This document shows positions 9,601 through 17,659 of a stretch of DNA of 27,221 bases, in pieces. The position numbers were made by a program, and so were the translations under genes. The notes beneath the pieces were generated by a model. That model ran no database searches. It saw only the letters and a list, made by a program, of their open reading frames with translations, and was not told the origin of the DNA. The stretch is from positions 1 to 27,221 of the forward strand of contig CAZDIO010000056.1 of assembly GCA_964505555.1 (NCBI GenBank), given 5' to 3'. The stretch comes from an uncultured Bdellovibrionales bacterium. Its GTDB lineage: Bacteria; Bdellovibrionota_C; UBA2361; SZUA-149; CAZDIO01. How positions within the stretch are numbered: position 1 is the stretch's first letter; the number at the start of each line of letters is the position of its first letter.

Positions 9601-12156
9601 GCCAATAATCCAAGGAAGGAGTTGCCAATCTCCACGTACCCAACGGTGTTGACGTTTTGCAAATGTATTGTAGGCTCTTGGAAATTCATCATAGAGTTCA
9701 ATATCGGTAGCAAGCCCTGCCCGTGCAAAAAGACCTTCAAAAAGGTCATGACTGAGGAGTGTATTTTCTGGAACTCGCCCTTCAAGTGCGCGAGCAAAGG
9801 CCTGAAGATCATAGATTCCCTTCCCAAAAAAAGATCCCTCGTGAAAATAATCCTGATAAATGTCTGATACAGCAAGGGTATAAGGATCGACTCCGCCGTC
9901 ACCGGCAAAGATTTTTGAAAATAACGTTGCCTGAGCACTGGCGAGGGAAACCGAGAGGCGGGGTTGAATAATGCCATAACCTTCTGTTACCACCTGAGGA
10001 GAAGCGTTGACAGAGGAAGCAAATGTTGGAGCATTGAGTGGGTGAGCAATGGTGGCGATCATCCGCTTTGCTGAGCCATGAGGTAAGGCGGTGTCTGCAT
10101 CGAGGGTGATGACGTATTTAATATCCGTAAGAAATTGAGGATCTCCAACCTCGATTTTTAAGCTTGTATCTTCAAATCCCAAAAGCAGGCGGTTAAACTC
10201 CATTACTTTACCACGCTTTTTTTCCCAACTAATGAAACGTCCTTGTGAGCTGTTCCACACTCTTTTTCTTGTCAGGAGGAAAAATTGAGGTTGTTTTTTT
10301 GCAAAGTAACGTTTGTTTAATTCCTCAACACAGAGAGTGGCAAATTCAATAAGCTCACTGTCTTCAGGGGTTACTTCTGTATCAGCGTCGGGAAGGTCGG
10401 CAAGGAGAGCAAATAAAATATTACTATCTGAGTTTGCAAGGAAGCGTACTTCAAGAAACTCCACTGCTTTGGTGATCGTTTCTTGATCGCGCAAAATAGA
10501 GTGCACCGCGACTATTGTTCGGTAAGCCGCAGGTACTCCGGCGCTCAGATCGAGCTTGGGAAGTAAAGAGGGGGGCAAGAGCTCTGCTGCTATCCAGTGG
10601 ACGATATTTATTCCTAAATCATTTACAAGAAAGAAAAGAAGAAAAAGAGCGGTGGCATACACCGGGATACTCAACTGAGAGGAAGAGAGGCTTAAGTTTA
10701 ATACAAAGAGGAGCACTATGGTGGCTATTGAAATTGCGAAAAGGTAGAGAGGAAACCTTAGCCACATCGGAAAGGGTTTTTTCACCTTCTCCCAAATGGT
10801 TGATTCTAAGTCGAGGTGCTTTTTAAAAAGTGGAGCCCCCTCGTCGATGAGATAGTAACCGATGTGTGATAGTTTCTCAGGTGGAGTTTCGTGATGAGTC
10901 TCTTTTTGAGCAAGAGCGATTTTTGCTTTTTCTTCAGTAAAGGATAAAACACTTGCGGCGATCTCGATTTCGGGCCGTTTTAGTTTTTGAGCAAGTTGTT
11001 CAATCTGTGACCGATATCGGTTACGAGTCGTAAAATCGCAATGTTCATATATCCCTAACGGATCTTGACGAAACATTGCATCAACCGCACTATTTTTTTC
11101 GAACCAGGTGAGCCAATCAATAGAGAGAATCGCTTTTAGTGAGGTGAAGCTGTTGCCAATAGAGATCTGATTTGCAGCTTTACTAAGCCACTCCTCGCGG
11201 AGAAGATCTTCAGCGTGAGAATCTTTTTCTGTAAGGCCTTTTTCAGCAAGCCACTGCTCAAACCAATGAAGCGCTAATGCGCCCTGTGGGCCATACGCAC
11301 GCAATTGTCTGATAATAAAGGCACTTGCTGCATGAGTGAGCTCTTCACCTTCCTCTTTTATAACGGCAGCAAGATCAAGAAGTATTGTTGTTCCCATTCG
11401 TTCTTCGCTGCCTTGCCCAGTATTGCCGAGTATCTTCTCAATGAGCACCGCAATTCTCTGCTCTGCATCACGAGCAGCAAGAGTAATTGCTGAGAGTCTT
11501 CGCAGATTTTCAATAAGCGCCAGTCGGAGCATAATTGGAAACGCCCAAAGCTCTCCGATAGAGAGAAGCTGCTTTGATTGATAGGCGGCTATGAAATCAG
11601 AAAGCAGTGCTTCTTCAACAACAGCATCAGTGTGTGAAATAATGGCAAGTACTAAGGCATACACTCGTGGAGTTCCCCGGATCGTAGAAAAGGAAGAGGC
11701 AAGGGTAGGGAGTTTCTTATAGTATCCCTTTGGGAGGAGCTTTCTAATCTCTTTAATTTGTTGTTCAACGAGGTGGTAATTATCAAGAAGCCATTCTCCT
11801 CCCGGGGTGAGGGGTTGTTTTGTTTTCGCCGCATCGGCAAGAATAAAGTATGCTTTTTCAAGAATACGAACGTTTTCTTCAAAGCGCGGATAGATTGTAT
11901 CAGCGTGCCGTGGGTAGAAGGTCACATCGTGATCGTTTCCAAGGGTATTTGCAAGAAGGATGAGAGCTTCTCTGGATAAAATTTCTGAACGGAGTGGAAT
12001 CTCAGAAGTGCGCCCAGTAGTTATCTCTTCGGTGACTTCAAAGAGGGGGTGGTTTTCCCTAGACAAAGGGTTTTTATCGTCTACTTGTTTTAAAGATCGG
12101 TCATCTATCATTTTTTCTAAGTTTAACCATAGCATAAGTATTTGCAAACGTCCCAT
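3652..12156 (-). CDS. cgs: Cyclic beta-1,2-glucan synthase (Cgs/NdvB/ChvB family), 2834 aa.
   Basis: Length and architecture match this family: N-terminal multi-TM region, a GT-A glycosyltransferase core with a DxD motif (VITLDADTALPHGSAKRM, QHRWVRGDWQ), and a C-terminal GH94/cellobiose-phosphorylase-like domain (GAGDWNDGFNEIGREGKGESIWLGWFL, GEPYVVCGDVYS). The exact 5' start is uncertain because no SD is obvious at any of the first three Met codons. Confidence 0.85.
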   Translation of the reverse strand: MGRLQILMLWLNLEKMIDDRSLKQVDDKNPLSRENHPLFEVTEEITTGRTSEIPLRSEILSREALILLANTLGNDHDVTFYPRHADTIYPRFEENVRILEKAYFILADAAKTKQPLTPGGEWLLDNYHLVEQQIKEIRKLLPKGYYKKLPTLASSFSTIRGTPRVYALVLAIISHTDAVVEEALLSDFIAAYQSKQLLSIGELWAFPIMLRLALIENLRRLSAITLAARDAEQRIAVLIEKILGNTGQGSEERMGTTILLDLAAVIKEEGEELTHAASAFIIRQLRAYGPQGALALHWFEQWLAEKGLTEKDSHAEDLLREEWLSKAANQISIGNSFTSLKAILSIDWLTWFEKNSAVDAMFRQDPLGIYEHCDFTTRNRYRSQIEQLAQKLKRPEIEIAASVLSFTEEKAKIALAQKETHHETPPEKLSHIGYYLIDEGAPLFKKHLDLESTIWEKVKKPFPMWLRFPLYLFAISIATIVLLFVLNLSLSSSQLSIPVYATALFLLFFLVNDLGINIVHWIAAELLPPSLLPKLDLSAGVPAAYRTIVAVHSILRDQETITKAVEFLEVRFLANSDSNILFALLADLPDADTEVTPEDSELIEFATLCVEELNKRYFAKKQPQFFLLTRKRVWNSSQGRFISWEKKRGKVMEFNRLLLGFEDTSLKIEVGDPQFLTDIKYVITLDADTALPHGSAKRMIATIAHPLNAPTFASSVNASPQVVTEGYGIIQPRLSVSLASAQATLFSKIFAGDGGVDPYTLAVSDIYQDYFHEGSFFGKGIYDLQAFARALEGRVPENTLLSHDLFEGLFARAGLATDIELYDEFPRAYNTFAKRQHRWVRGDWQLLPWIIGKAPTRSEIGKTSTSKDSSISPLGQWKLLDNLRRSLIAPLCFIFLIFSWAFLPDSPLWWTGIVFIVIAFPVYAQLATTIITSPFGMSFSGYARECGRKLKNNFIQAVLIFIFLPYQALLMSHAIGITLYRLFVSKKNLLDWETAYQAERRLGTGFGSFLREMLLANLSVLLTAILLATTNPSQLIFASPILCLWFLSPWVAYWISNPHTARGLLLTDEKQERLQKIAFKTWKFFDDLASEETHYLIPDNVQLFPKRVVAYRTSPSNIGLHYLSILTAVDLGFITPLEAGRKIRASLETLMKLEKLNGHFYNWYDIRSLTPLEPRYVSTVDSGNLIGHLIVVKNGARELLSKPSLSDDSEERLELLTFITTTCELIIKNTDFKFLYNKERKLFTIGYQVTEGKFDNSYYDLLASEARLTSLLAIAKGDIPLEHWFVLGRPLTRTPGGKALLSWSGTMFEYLMPLLVTKDFPNTILHETYKAIVETQRIYARTRGVPWGISESGYAGVDFEHTYQYRAFGVPGLGLKRGLSEDFVISPYSTFLAMMVTPHEALKNISRLEDAGLSGEYGFYESIDYTSERLSREEGAHIVRSFLAHHQGMILLSLNNVLNENILQTRFHSDPLIRAVEPLLQEKFPERSPLTVPHHAEITYTEQQEEGLKETWSETITTPHTILPRTRVLSNGFYSLMIDNAGSGFSFIPGMQITRWHEDSLRNYLGNYVFVKDLDTNKIWSLTYQPSRQQPEFYEVIYNPDKVEFKRRDFDIALHTEITISPEDNVEVKKITVTNLSRRNRNLQFTSFAEICLNAAQADAVHPAFSKLFVESEFVPEIEALIFTRRPRSADEARTYLLTMLSMPIVWGKVEYETNREAFIGRGRNINHPIVFDEKNRSLSSTIGTVLDPIASLRTRVEIQPSSSQTLSFITAIGKTREDVLFLAERYNDTRTVTRAFEMAWSKSNIEFRTEQISIRQSHLYQHLANALFFQHKVLRCEPQLLLQNRLQQSGLWRLSISGDLPIVLVSITDLLHLKLVRELLKAHEYLRHRNVFFDLVIINEHGDGYLQNVSTGMEQLLRSVFPLPPLETKGGVFVRTLKQISAEEYLLLKAVARVVFCGEGGSLEEQLELPGELEGVRATRRGLLDYLFKEETPSSRDRSGERSVITTQREFDNGYGGFIENGKAYALTVHSEKLTPAPWINVIANPQFGFTVSESGSGYTWSENSRENRLTPWSNDPVSDRPGEVIYIRDGNTGAFWCPTPLPVRNRGRYGVEHHQGFSKFKLLADNIFSELTISGSLQERVKWWHVKLQNRDNRIRRLEVYLYVEWVLGVLRAESQAHIVTSFDSKLGMLAAQNHYNNEFASRVVFLGSNTLINSYTTSRAEFMGRNHTLSSPLILEQAVTAPSLVNLAGMANLSRLVNLRRVTGAGHDSCGVLKVVHSLNAEEECEVMFFMGEAPNLGEARQNVKRYRKTSYRKSELQAVSTYWDSLSSAVEVKTPDRSFDLLLNSWLLYQCLSSRIYGRTGFYQSGGAFGFRDQLQDGLALLYSKPEIARSLILQAASRQFLEGDVQHWWHPPTGRGVRTRISDDYLWLPYVVERYLEATGDHAILEEQVSFIEAPLLDPTQMDAYLQPHLSPKADTLYVHCLLALQHGLRFGEHGLPLIGAGDWNDGFNEIGREGKGESIWLGWFLLDNLQKWAAIAAVREDLASVDSFQMHAKTLLAALEEHGWDGNWYRRAYFDDGTPLGSESNTECQIDSIAQSWAVISKRGDPTRSRQAMNSLLSHLVNEKDKLVLLLTPPFDKGELNPGYLKGYPPGVRENGAQYTHAAAWVVIAAAMLKMGDISHQLFSIINPINHTKNTTAVERYRGEPYVVCGDVYSKPPYSGRAGWSWYTGSCGWLYQAGISNILGLQLHGTYFTISPCIPADWRSYSIHYRHQNVLYKIEVKNPDGVEHGVLRTEVNGVEIPDGRILYSVTPGVSEVSVQVIMGERPAM

Positions 12157-12262
12157 CGCTGGTGATCGCGGAGAGAGCGTTTTCTATTAGATACGGAGAG
12201 CTTTGATCCTGAATGAAAAGAGATTTGTTAAGCATCCCAGATCTTGATACCATTTTGTTACT

Positions 12263-15070
12263 ATGAATACTAAATACATCTCTTTTGTATTTTTGCCCCT
12301 GTTTCTCATCAGTTCACTTGCGAGGAACGCAGAAGGAGAAGACACATATTATTCTGCTCCGGTAAGTAAATTTCTTCCAAATATAGCTTCCTCCTCAACG
12401 GATCAACCAACTCGGAGATCTGCAAGAAATTGGCGGATCAATTCCGTGCTTCGTTCCTATGCTGTGGTGATCGGAAAGGGAGAGGCTTTTATTGGGTGTA
12501 ATTCTGGGAGCAATCAGCCAAACCAAAACATAAACAATTTTTCTTCTCGATGTAGCGAAGAACTGATCGTCAAGGCGCCGGGTGGAACTCCAGTCAAAGG
12601 GAAGCTTTTTGTTGTAAAGCCGGATCTGAGTGGGATGAGTGAGGGGGTGTTTGAATTTACCACAACAAGTGCAAACGGAACACTTGAGTCTGCCTTTATT
12701 GAAGCAAAGCGGAGTTACTACCAATATCTTCAATCTCAAAACATTCCTGGAGGTTCGTATTTTCGTCATGTTGTAGATACGATGAATAAAAAATCTCTGG
12801 GAACAAACCCCTCAACGCCGCTCCCTCCACCAGGAAGGTCGCGACGGGGTTTTAACGGTGGTTCGGGCTCGCTTGATGACACCTATGCGATGGTCAGTGG
12901 TGGACGAGCGATGAGTGAGAATTTACAACTTGATCGACTCCTTGCAGTTAATAGTATGGATGCTGGTGCGGTAGAGCTCTCGACTGTCAGTGGAATTACA
13001 ATTCGGGAGTTTGACTGGCAAGCGCTAACGGCGGGAGCAAACCCTGCGCTTGATCCCCTTTCAGCGTTTATCCCCGATGACCAGTATGTTTTGTTTTTTC
13101 CGCGCTTTCAGGATCTTATGGCACTTGTAGATGAAGCAAATACTCAAGCTTCGCCACTTTTAGCGATTTTGGAGGACCGTTCTGAAGATAACTTGTCACA
13201 GAGTCATTATGAAAGGCAGCTCTGTGTGGGGGCTAATGAGTTTACTCGTATTGTTGGGCCGATGGTGGTTACAAACGTAGCGCTTACGGGGTCAGATCCC
13301 TATTTTCGAACTGGAACGGATTTAGCATTGTTGTTTGAAACAAAAACCCCAGAGGTTATTACTGCTTACTTTGAGCAAAAGCATTTGGCAGCAAGCAAAG
13401 AGCTCTCCACCGCGAAACAAGCAAAGGATACTATCGAGGGGATTTCGTATTTTTCTATTACCTCAGAAGGGCGTGGGCTCTCATCGTATGTGGCGACCAT
13501 TGATTCTACGGTCATAGTTTCAAATTCATACGCACAACTTAAGCAGATCGTGCTTACAAAAAAGAAGCAGCGCGCCGCGCTTTCTTCTCTTGGGGAGTAT
13601 AAATATTTTCGTAATCGTTACACACTTGGAGATGAAAATGAGAGTGGTTTGTTGATCGTTCCTGATGCAGCTATTAGAAAATGGTGTGGACCGAAATGGC
13701 GTATTGCGGCATCAAGACGCACCCGTGCCGCGGCGGTGATCTCTGATCTCCATGCCCAGCACCTCGATCGTCTCGTAAAAGGAGTAGCGCAACCAGAGCC
13801 TCTTCCTGATACCAACATTCCATCGTGGATGGGGAAGCTCTCTCTTACGAACGAAGGGGTGTCTTCTGAGCAGTATGGGAACCTGAAATTTCTTACCCCT
13901 ATTGCGGAACTTCCGCTTGAGAAGGCGAGTCAGGGAGAAATTGATGCGTATGTTCGTTTTCGTGACACCTATCAGCAGAACTGGCAGCAGTATTTTGATC
14001 CGATAGCATTACGCTTCACCGTAAAGCCTGAAAAACTCCAAGCGGATCTTACGATTATGCCGTTAATTGTAAATAGTGAGTATCGAACGCTGGTGGATGT
14101 CTCAAGTGGGGAGGAGCTTCAGAAACATTCTGGAGATCCACATCCGGAGGCTATTTTTCACTTTGCTTTATCTCTAAACGGCCAATCTCCGCTTGTTCGT
14201 CAAGCAGAAGGGTTTACTACTGTTGTTGCAGCGGGAGTTGCCAATCCCCTGGGATGGATTGGTAATTATTTGTCGCTGTATTTCGATGAAGATCCATTTT
14301 GGGATGATTTAAATAAGGCAAAAGAGAAGGAGAAATTTTTTACTGAAAACTATGCTCAAACCCCTGTGGCTCTTCAACTTGCGGTGAAGGATCCTCTGAA
14401 GCTTACGGTGTTTTTAACTTCACTTCGAGCTTTTGCCAATCAGAGTGCGCCGGGATTAACGGTATGGGAAAATCCAACTCATAACGGTGAGCAGTATGTA
14501 AAAGTATCTTCAGCGACCCCTCTTCCCGGTTCGCAAAATGGACCAAGTATCACCCCAGCTCTGTACTACGCCGTTACTCCAAATTCGCTGGTAATAACAC
14601 TGAGTGAAAAGTTAATTAAGCAAGCGCTTGAGCGGAAGAAAACCCCTCCAAAAGCGCCGCTGCCGATCTGGCTTGGAAAAAACCTCGGTGCAAGAGTTGA
14701 TAAACGTTTCATGACCACTCTTCATCCTCTTATAAATGAAAGCTCCCGAGATATGATGAAGCTCAGCGCATGGCGAAATATTCCTATTCTTAATGAACTA
14801 AAACGTAAGTATCCAGAGAAAGACCCACAGCAACTTTATGAAAACATTTGGCATACTCAACTTTACGCTCCAGGTGGGGGAACGTATGTATGGAATGAAC
14901 AGTGGCAAACGATGGAGTCCTCTTTGTATGGACATCCTGCACAAGAAAAAGAGGGGCCTTCACAGGCACTTATTTTTAGCAACATCGCTGCGGCTAACTT
15001 TGGACTGAGTTTTGAAAATAGTGGGTTGAGGGCGATTGTTGATCTCTCGAAGACTGCTCCTGTGCAGTAG
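12263..15070 (+). CDS. Large (935 aa) hypothetical secreted protein, divergently transcribed from cgs.
   Basis: Clear signal peptide (MNTKYISFVFLPLFLISSLA). A long open frame with balanced composition and no recognisable domain. The start lacks an SD. Confidence 0.6.
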   Translation: MNTKYISFVFLPLFLISSLARNAEGEDTYYSAPVSKFLPNIASSSTDQPTRRSARNWRINSVLRSYAVVIGKGEAFIGCNSGSNQPNQNINNFSSRCSEELIVKAPGGTPVKGKLFVVKPDLSGMSEGVFEFTTTSANGTLESAFIEAKRSYYQYLQSQNIPGGSYFRHVVDTMNKKSLGTNPSTPLPPPGRSRRGFNGGSGSLDDTYAMVSGGRAMSENLQLDRLLAVNSMDAGAVELSTVSGITIREFDWQALTAGANPALDPLSAFIPDDQYVLFFPRFQDLMALVDEANTQASPLLAILEDRSEDNLSQSHYERQLCVGANEFTRIVGPMVVTNVALTGSDPYFRTGTDLALLFETKTPEVITAYFEQKHLAASKELSTAKQAKDTIEGISYFSITSEGRGLSSYVATIDSTVIVSNSYAQLKQIVLTKKKQRAALSSLGEYKYFRNRYTLGDENESGLLIVPDAAIRKWCGPKWRIAASRRTRAAAVISDLHAQHLDRLVKGVAQPEPLPDTNIPSWMGKLSLTNEGVSSEQYGNLKFLTPIAELPLEKASQGEIDAYVRFRDTYQQNWQQYFDPIALRFTVKPEKLQADLTIMPLIVNSEYRTLVDVSSGEELQKHSGDPHPEAIFHFALSLNGQSPLVRQAEGFTTVVAAGVANPLGWIGNYLSLYFDEDPFWDDLNKAKEKEKFFTENYAQTPVALQLAVKDPLKLTVFLTSLRAFANQSAPGLTVWENPTHNGEQYVKVSSATPLPGSQNGPSITPALYYAVTPNSLVITLSEKLIKQALERKKTPPKAPLPIWLGKNLGARVDKRFMTTLHPLINESSRDMMKLSAWRNIPILNELKRKYPEKDPQQLYENIWHTQLYAPGGGTYVWNEQWQTMESSLYGHPAQEKEGPSQALIFSNIAAANFGLSFENSGLRAIVDLSKTAPVQ

Positions 15071-15141
15071 GAGGGAGAGATCTGCTCAATGGCGCTGATG
15101 GAGGCGCGGGTTATAGTAAATACCAACCCTTTTTTTATTTA

Positions 15142-15181
15142 ACGCAGAGGATTCACAGAGGACGCGAAGGAACGCAGAGGA
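15142..15181 (+). promoter_or_regulatory. Four tandem ~10-bp repeats (ACGCAGAGGA / TCACAGAGGA / CGCGAAGGA / ACGCAGAGGA) 30 nt upstream of the DUF1428 start.
   Basis: Read directly from the sequence. Spacing of 9-11 bp is roughly one helical turn, which suggests iterated protein-binding sites or reiterated SD-like motifs. Confidence 0.35.
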
Positions 15182-15211
15182 ATAAATAAACCAACTAAGT
15201 ATGGAGGATTT

Positions 15212-15571
15212 ATGCGTTACGTAGATGGATATGTTTTGCCGGTGCCGAAGAAGAATTTGCGGAGGTACCAGCGTATTGCGCAGAAGGCGGGGAAGATTTG
15301 GCGTGAGCATGGGGCGCTTGAATATCGGGAGAGCGTTGGGGAGGATCTTAATGTGAAGGGCTTGCTGCCATTTCCACGGGTGATGAAAGTTAAGAAAGGA
15401 GAGACGGTGGTGTTTGCGTGGGTGGTATTTAAGTCCCGTGCGCATCGTGATGCGGTGAATAAAAAGGTGATGAAAGATCCACGCCTTGCAAAGATGATGG
15501 ACATGAAGGCGATGCCTTTTGATCATAAGCGGATGGCTTATGGTGGGTTTAAGATCTTTGTTGATCTGTAG
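15212..15571 (+). CDS. DUF1428-family protein (119 aa).
   Basis: MRYVDGYVLPVP...EHGA...GETVVFAWVVF....RDA..KK.MKDPR...MMD...MPFD.KRM.YGGF is the characteristic DUF1428 pattern. GGAGG SD 5 nt upstream. Confidence 0.75.
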   Translation: MRYVDGYVLPVPKKNLRRYQRIAQKAGKIWREHGALEYRESVGEDLNVKGLLPFPRVMKVKKGETVVFAWVVFKSRAHRDAVNKKVMKDPRLAKMMDMKAMPFDHKRMAYGGFKIFVDL

Positions 15572-15620
15572 GAGCCTTGTTGTTTGGGAAAAGGTTATGG
15601 TCTTGAAGGTGAGAAATTTT

Positions 15621-15655
15621 ATTGAACACAGAGTTTCACAGGGTTTCACAGAGTT
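15621..15655. mobile_element. Solo left arm of the MITE-like element (ATTGAACACAGAGTTTCACAGGGTTTCACAGAGTT), followed by a TTGAATAAATTCAA palindrome.
   Basis: 33/34 identity to the left arms at 3471 and 17441. No right arm within 150 nt. Lies 50 nt after the DUF1428 stop. Confidence 0.65.
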
Positions 15656-15709
15656 TGAATAAATTCAATATGAAACGAGCTCTACACTTGTAAACTGAGA
15701 ACCAAGAGT

Positions 15710-15747
15710 AGGCCACCATCTCGGCACGAGTGCCGAGATGGTGGCCT
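15710..15747. terminator. Bidirectional terminator hairpin between the convergent DUF1428 and proC genes. It has a 16-17 bp perfect stem GGCCACCATCTCGGCAC / GTGCCGAGATGGTGGCC with a GAG loop.
   Basis: Perfect inverted repeat read from the sequence. It sits 18 nt downstream of the proC stop on the minus strand. Confidence 0.6.
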
Positions 15748-15764
15748 GAATTCCTTTGCTGGAC

Positions 15765-16655
15765 TTAAGCAGCGTAGGTTTGCGCCATTCGCTGACTTCG
15801 CTCTGTTGCCGCCTGGATAGCGGTCTGGATGCCCGCGTGCACTCCCTTTTCCCGGACGCGAAGCATAAGCTCTGCCGTTGTGCCTCCGGGCGAGGTGATC
15901 AGATCAATGAGCGCCGCAAGGTGTACGTCATTTCGTTTGCGTGCCCATTTTGCTGTGCCCTCGAAGATGGCCAGGGCAAAGGCAAGGGCCTCTGCGTGTG
16001 GAGTCCCTGCCTGAACCATGGCATCTTTGAATGCCCGAATCAGTTCGACAATCAGCGCGGGCCCACTGCCGACGATAGCTGTCACCGCATGCATTCTCTC
16101 CTCCTTTGCCACACGTTGGACCGTTGCAAAGCGGGAGAAGAATTTGGAGACAACTTCCACGGCCTTTGTGCTTTCTCCGTAGATCCCAACGGTGCCTGCC
16201 CCAACTTCGATGAGTAGGTTGGGCATCGCCCGTACGACAGTGTGCGCATCGGCTCCCAAGCACTTCTCAATGTGTTTGACAGGAACCGCTGCTGCGGTGG
16301 AAACGATAATCGGATCAGTTCCTGCCTTAGTGACGGCTTCTCCGATCTCCTTACAGGCCGTGTCGATATTGGCCGGTTTGACGCAGATCAAGACGATCTT
16401 TGCACCTTGAACCGCAGTCTTGATACTGCGCACGGCGGTTGCTCCGGGGAGTTTGCTAAACTCCTGACGTTTCGGTTGGTTCCGATCAAATCCTCGGATC
16501 TCGTACTTGTTTCTAGCGGCGATCGCCTTTGCGAGTGCCAATCCCAGACTGCCGAGTCCGATGATCGCAACTATTGGCTTTTGCGACGTTCGGTTTGCAG
16601 CTCGGGACTTTGTCCCCATTCGATGTCGCATCGTTTTTGGTAGTTTCTTCGACAT
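15765..16655 (-). CDS. proC: Pyrroline-5-carboxylate reductase.
   Basis: N-terminal Rossmann motif IVAIIGLGSLGLALAKAI and the C-terminal ProC signature SPGGTTAELM....G.....A..AA.ERS. Start chosen at the ATG ending at 16655 (MSKKLPK...) with an AAAGGA SD 9 nt upstream; the ORF track's 16676 start is a TTG. Unusual basic ~30-aa N-terminal extension. Confidence 0.8.
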   Translation of the reverse strand: MSKKLPKTMRHRMGTKSRAANRTSQKPIVAIIGLGSLGLALAKAIAARNKYEIRGFDRNQPKRQEFSKLPGATAVRSIKTAVQGAKIVLICVKPANIDTACKEIGEAVTKAGTDPIIVSTAAAVPVKHIEKCLGADAHTVVRAMPNLLIEVGAGTVGIYGESTKAVEVVSKFFSRFATVQRVAKEERMHAVTAIVGSGPALIVELIRAFKDAMVQAGTPHAEALAFALAIFEGTAKWARKRNDVHLAALIDLITSPGGTTAELMLRVREKGVHAGIQTAIQAATERSQRMAQTYAA

Positions 16656-17007
16656 TGCAAGAGTCCTTTCGTACAATCACACCTAAAACAAGCAAAGAGT
16701 GACCCTCTTTAAAACCTCTCGTTTCAAGTGTAGCGCCCCGCCTTTTCTGCAAGGAAAACGTGGGGCGACTACGTATATATTGACTACCGAAGTAAAGTTT
16801 TAAGACTTCAAAGAACAACTAGAGAAAGGAGTTTATTTATACCGCATTTCCGAGGAATTTGCATCTTAGAGGCACAAAAGCAAAGGATCAGCTCTTTCTT
16901 TGCCGTTCTGCTTCGTTTGTAAACTGTTTGTTAGGGAGAGGGAGGCAGTGCTAGGTTGGTGTGTCGCTCTGAGCTGAATATTTACTCGACAAGAGGAGGA
17001 GAGGAAA

Positions 17008-17409
17008 ATGAAATGCTCCAATTATGACACCCGTCAATTTTTTCTTTGCGGGATGCGGCTCTTTTTTGGATTGTGGTTGCTCTATGTTGGTCTTGTGAAA
17101 TGGGTTGTTATCGGGCCAGAGGCGTTTGTTGGGCATATTACGACGGAGTTTGATAAGACCTGGTCTCCACATACTTTAAATGTTTTTCTTGGCTGGTTGA
17201 TAATTGTTGCAGAACCAGTGTTAGCGCTCCTTATTCTCTGGGGGAAAAAGCAACGTAAGGTATGGGCCTTAACATCTTTATTGATGTTTCTCCTGACGAT
17301 GGGGCAGACGATTCTTATGAAACCTGAAGTTATCGCCAATTGGCAGTATCTGGTGCTTACTCTTGTCTGTGCAGCGCTTAGTGATCCGGAAGAAAGCTGT
17401 GCGTCGTAA
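17008..17409 (+). CDS. DoxX-family small integral membrane protein.
   Basis: 133 aa with four predicted TM segments and DoxX-like MRLFFGLWLLYVGLVKW. Strong AGGAGGAGAGG SD. Confidence 0.6.
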   Translation: MKCSNYDTRQFFLCGMRLFFGLWLLYVGLVKWVVIGPEAFVGHITTEFDKTWSPHTLNVFLGWLIIVAEPVLALLILWGKKQRKVWALTSLLMFLLTMGQTILMKPEVIANWQYLVLTLVCAALSDPEESCAS

Positions 17410-17440
17410 AAGGTGTAGTTTTAGATTGGGCGCTGTTTTA

Positions 17441-17592
17441 ATTGAACACAGAGTTTCACAGGGTTACACAGAGTTTAGGAAAGATTAATTAGAATCTTTG
17501 GTTACTGTTATTGAAACAAGCGCTCCATTAGGATCTCAGTAGTTTTATTTTTCCCCAAACTCTGTGTAACCCTGTGAAACTCTGTGTTCATC
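17441..17592. mobile_element. Complete 152-bp MITE-like element: 34-bp left arm, 83-bp AT-rich core, inverted right arm.
   Basis: The arms are near-identical to those of 3471-3562 but the core is different. Begins 32 nt after the DoxX stop. Confidence 0.75.
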
Positions 17593-17659
17593 TAAAGACT
17601 TTACAAATGTTTCGTTCGTTTGCCAAGTTTTAGGCGTTTTATAGTCCTACTTTTTAATC

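Noticed and set aside
4156-11979. Numerous 60-160 aa ORFs on both strands inside the cgs gene.
   Set aside because: Fully contained in an 8.5-kb gene with a strong family signature. They are frame artefacts of a long CDS.
15086-15649. Minus-strand 187-aa ORF overlapping the DUF1428 gene.
   Set aside because: His/Leu/Pro-rich translation with no SD. The plus-strand frame has a clear family match.
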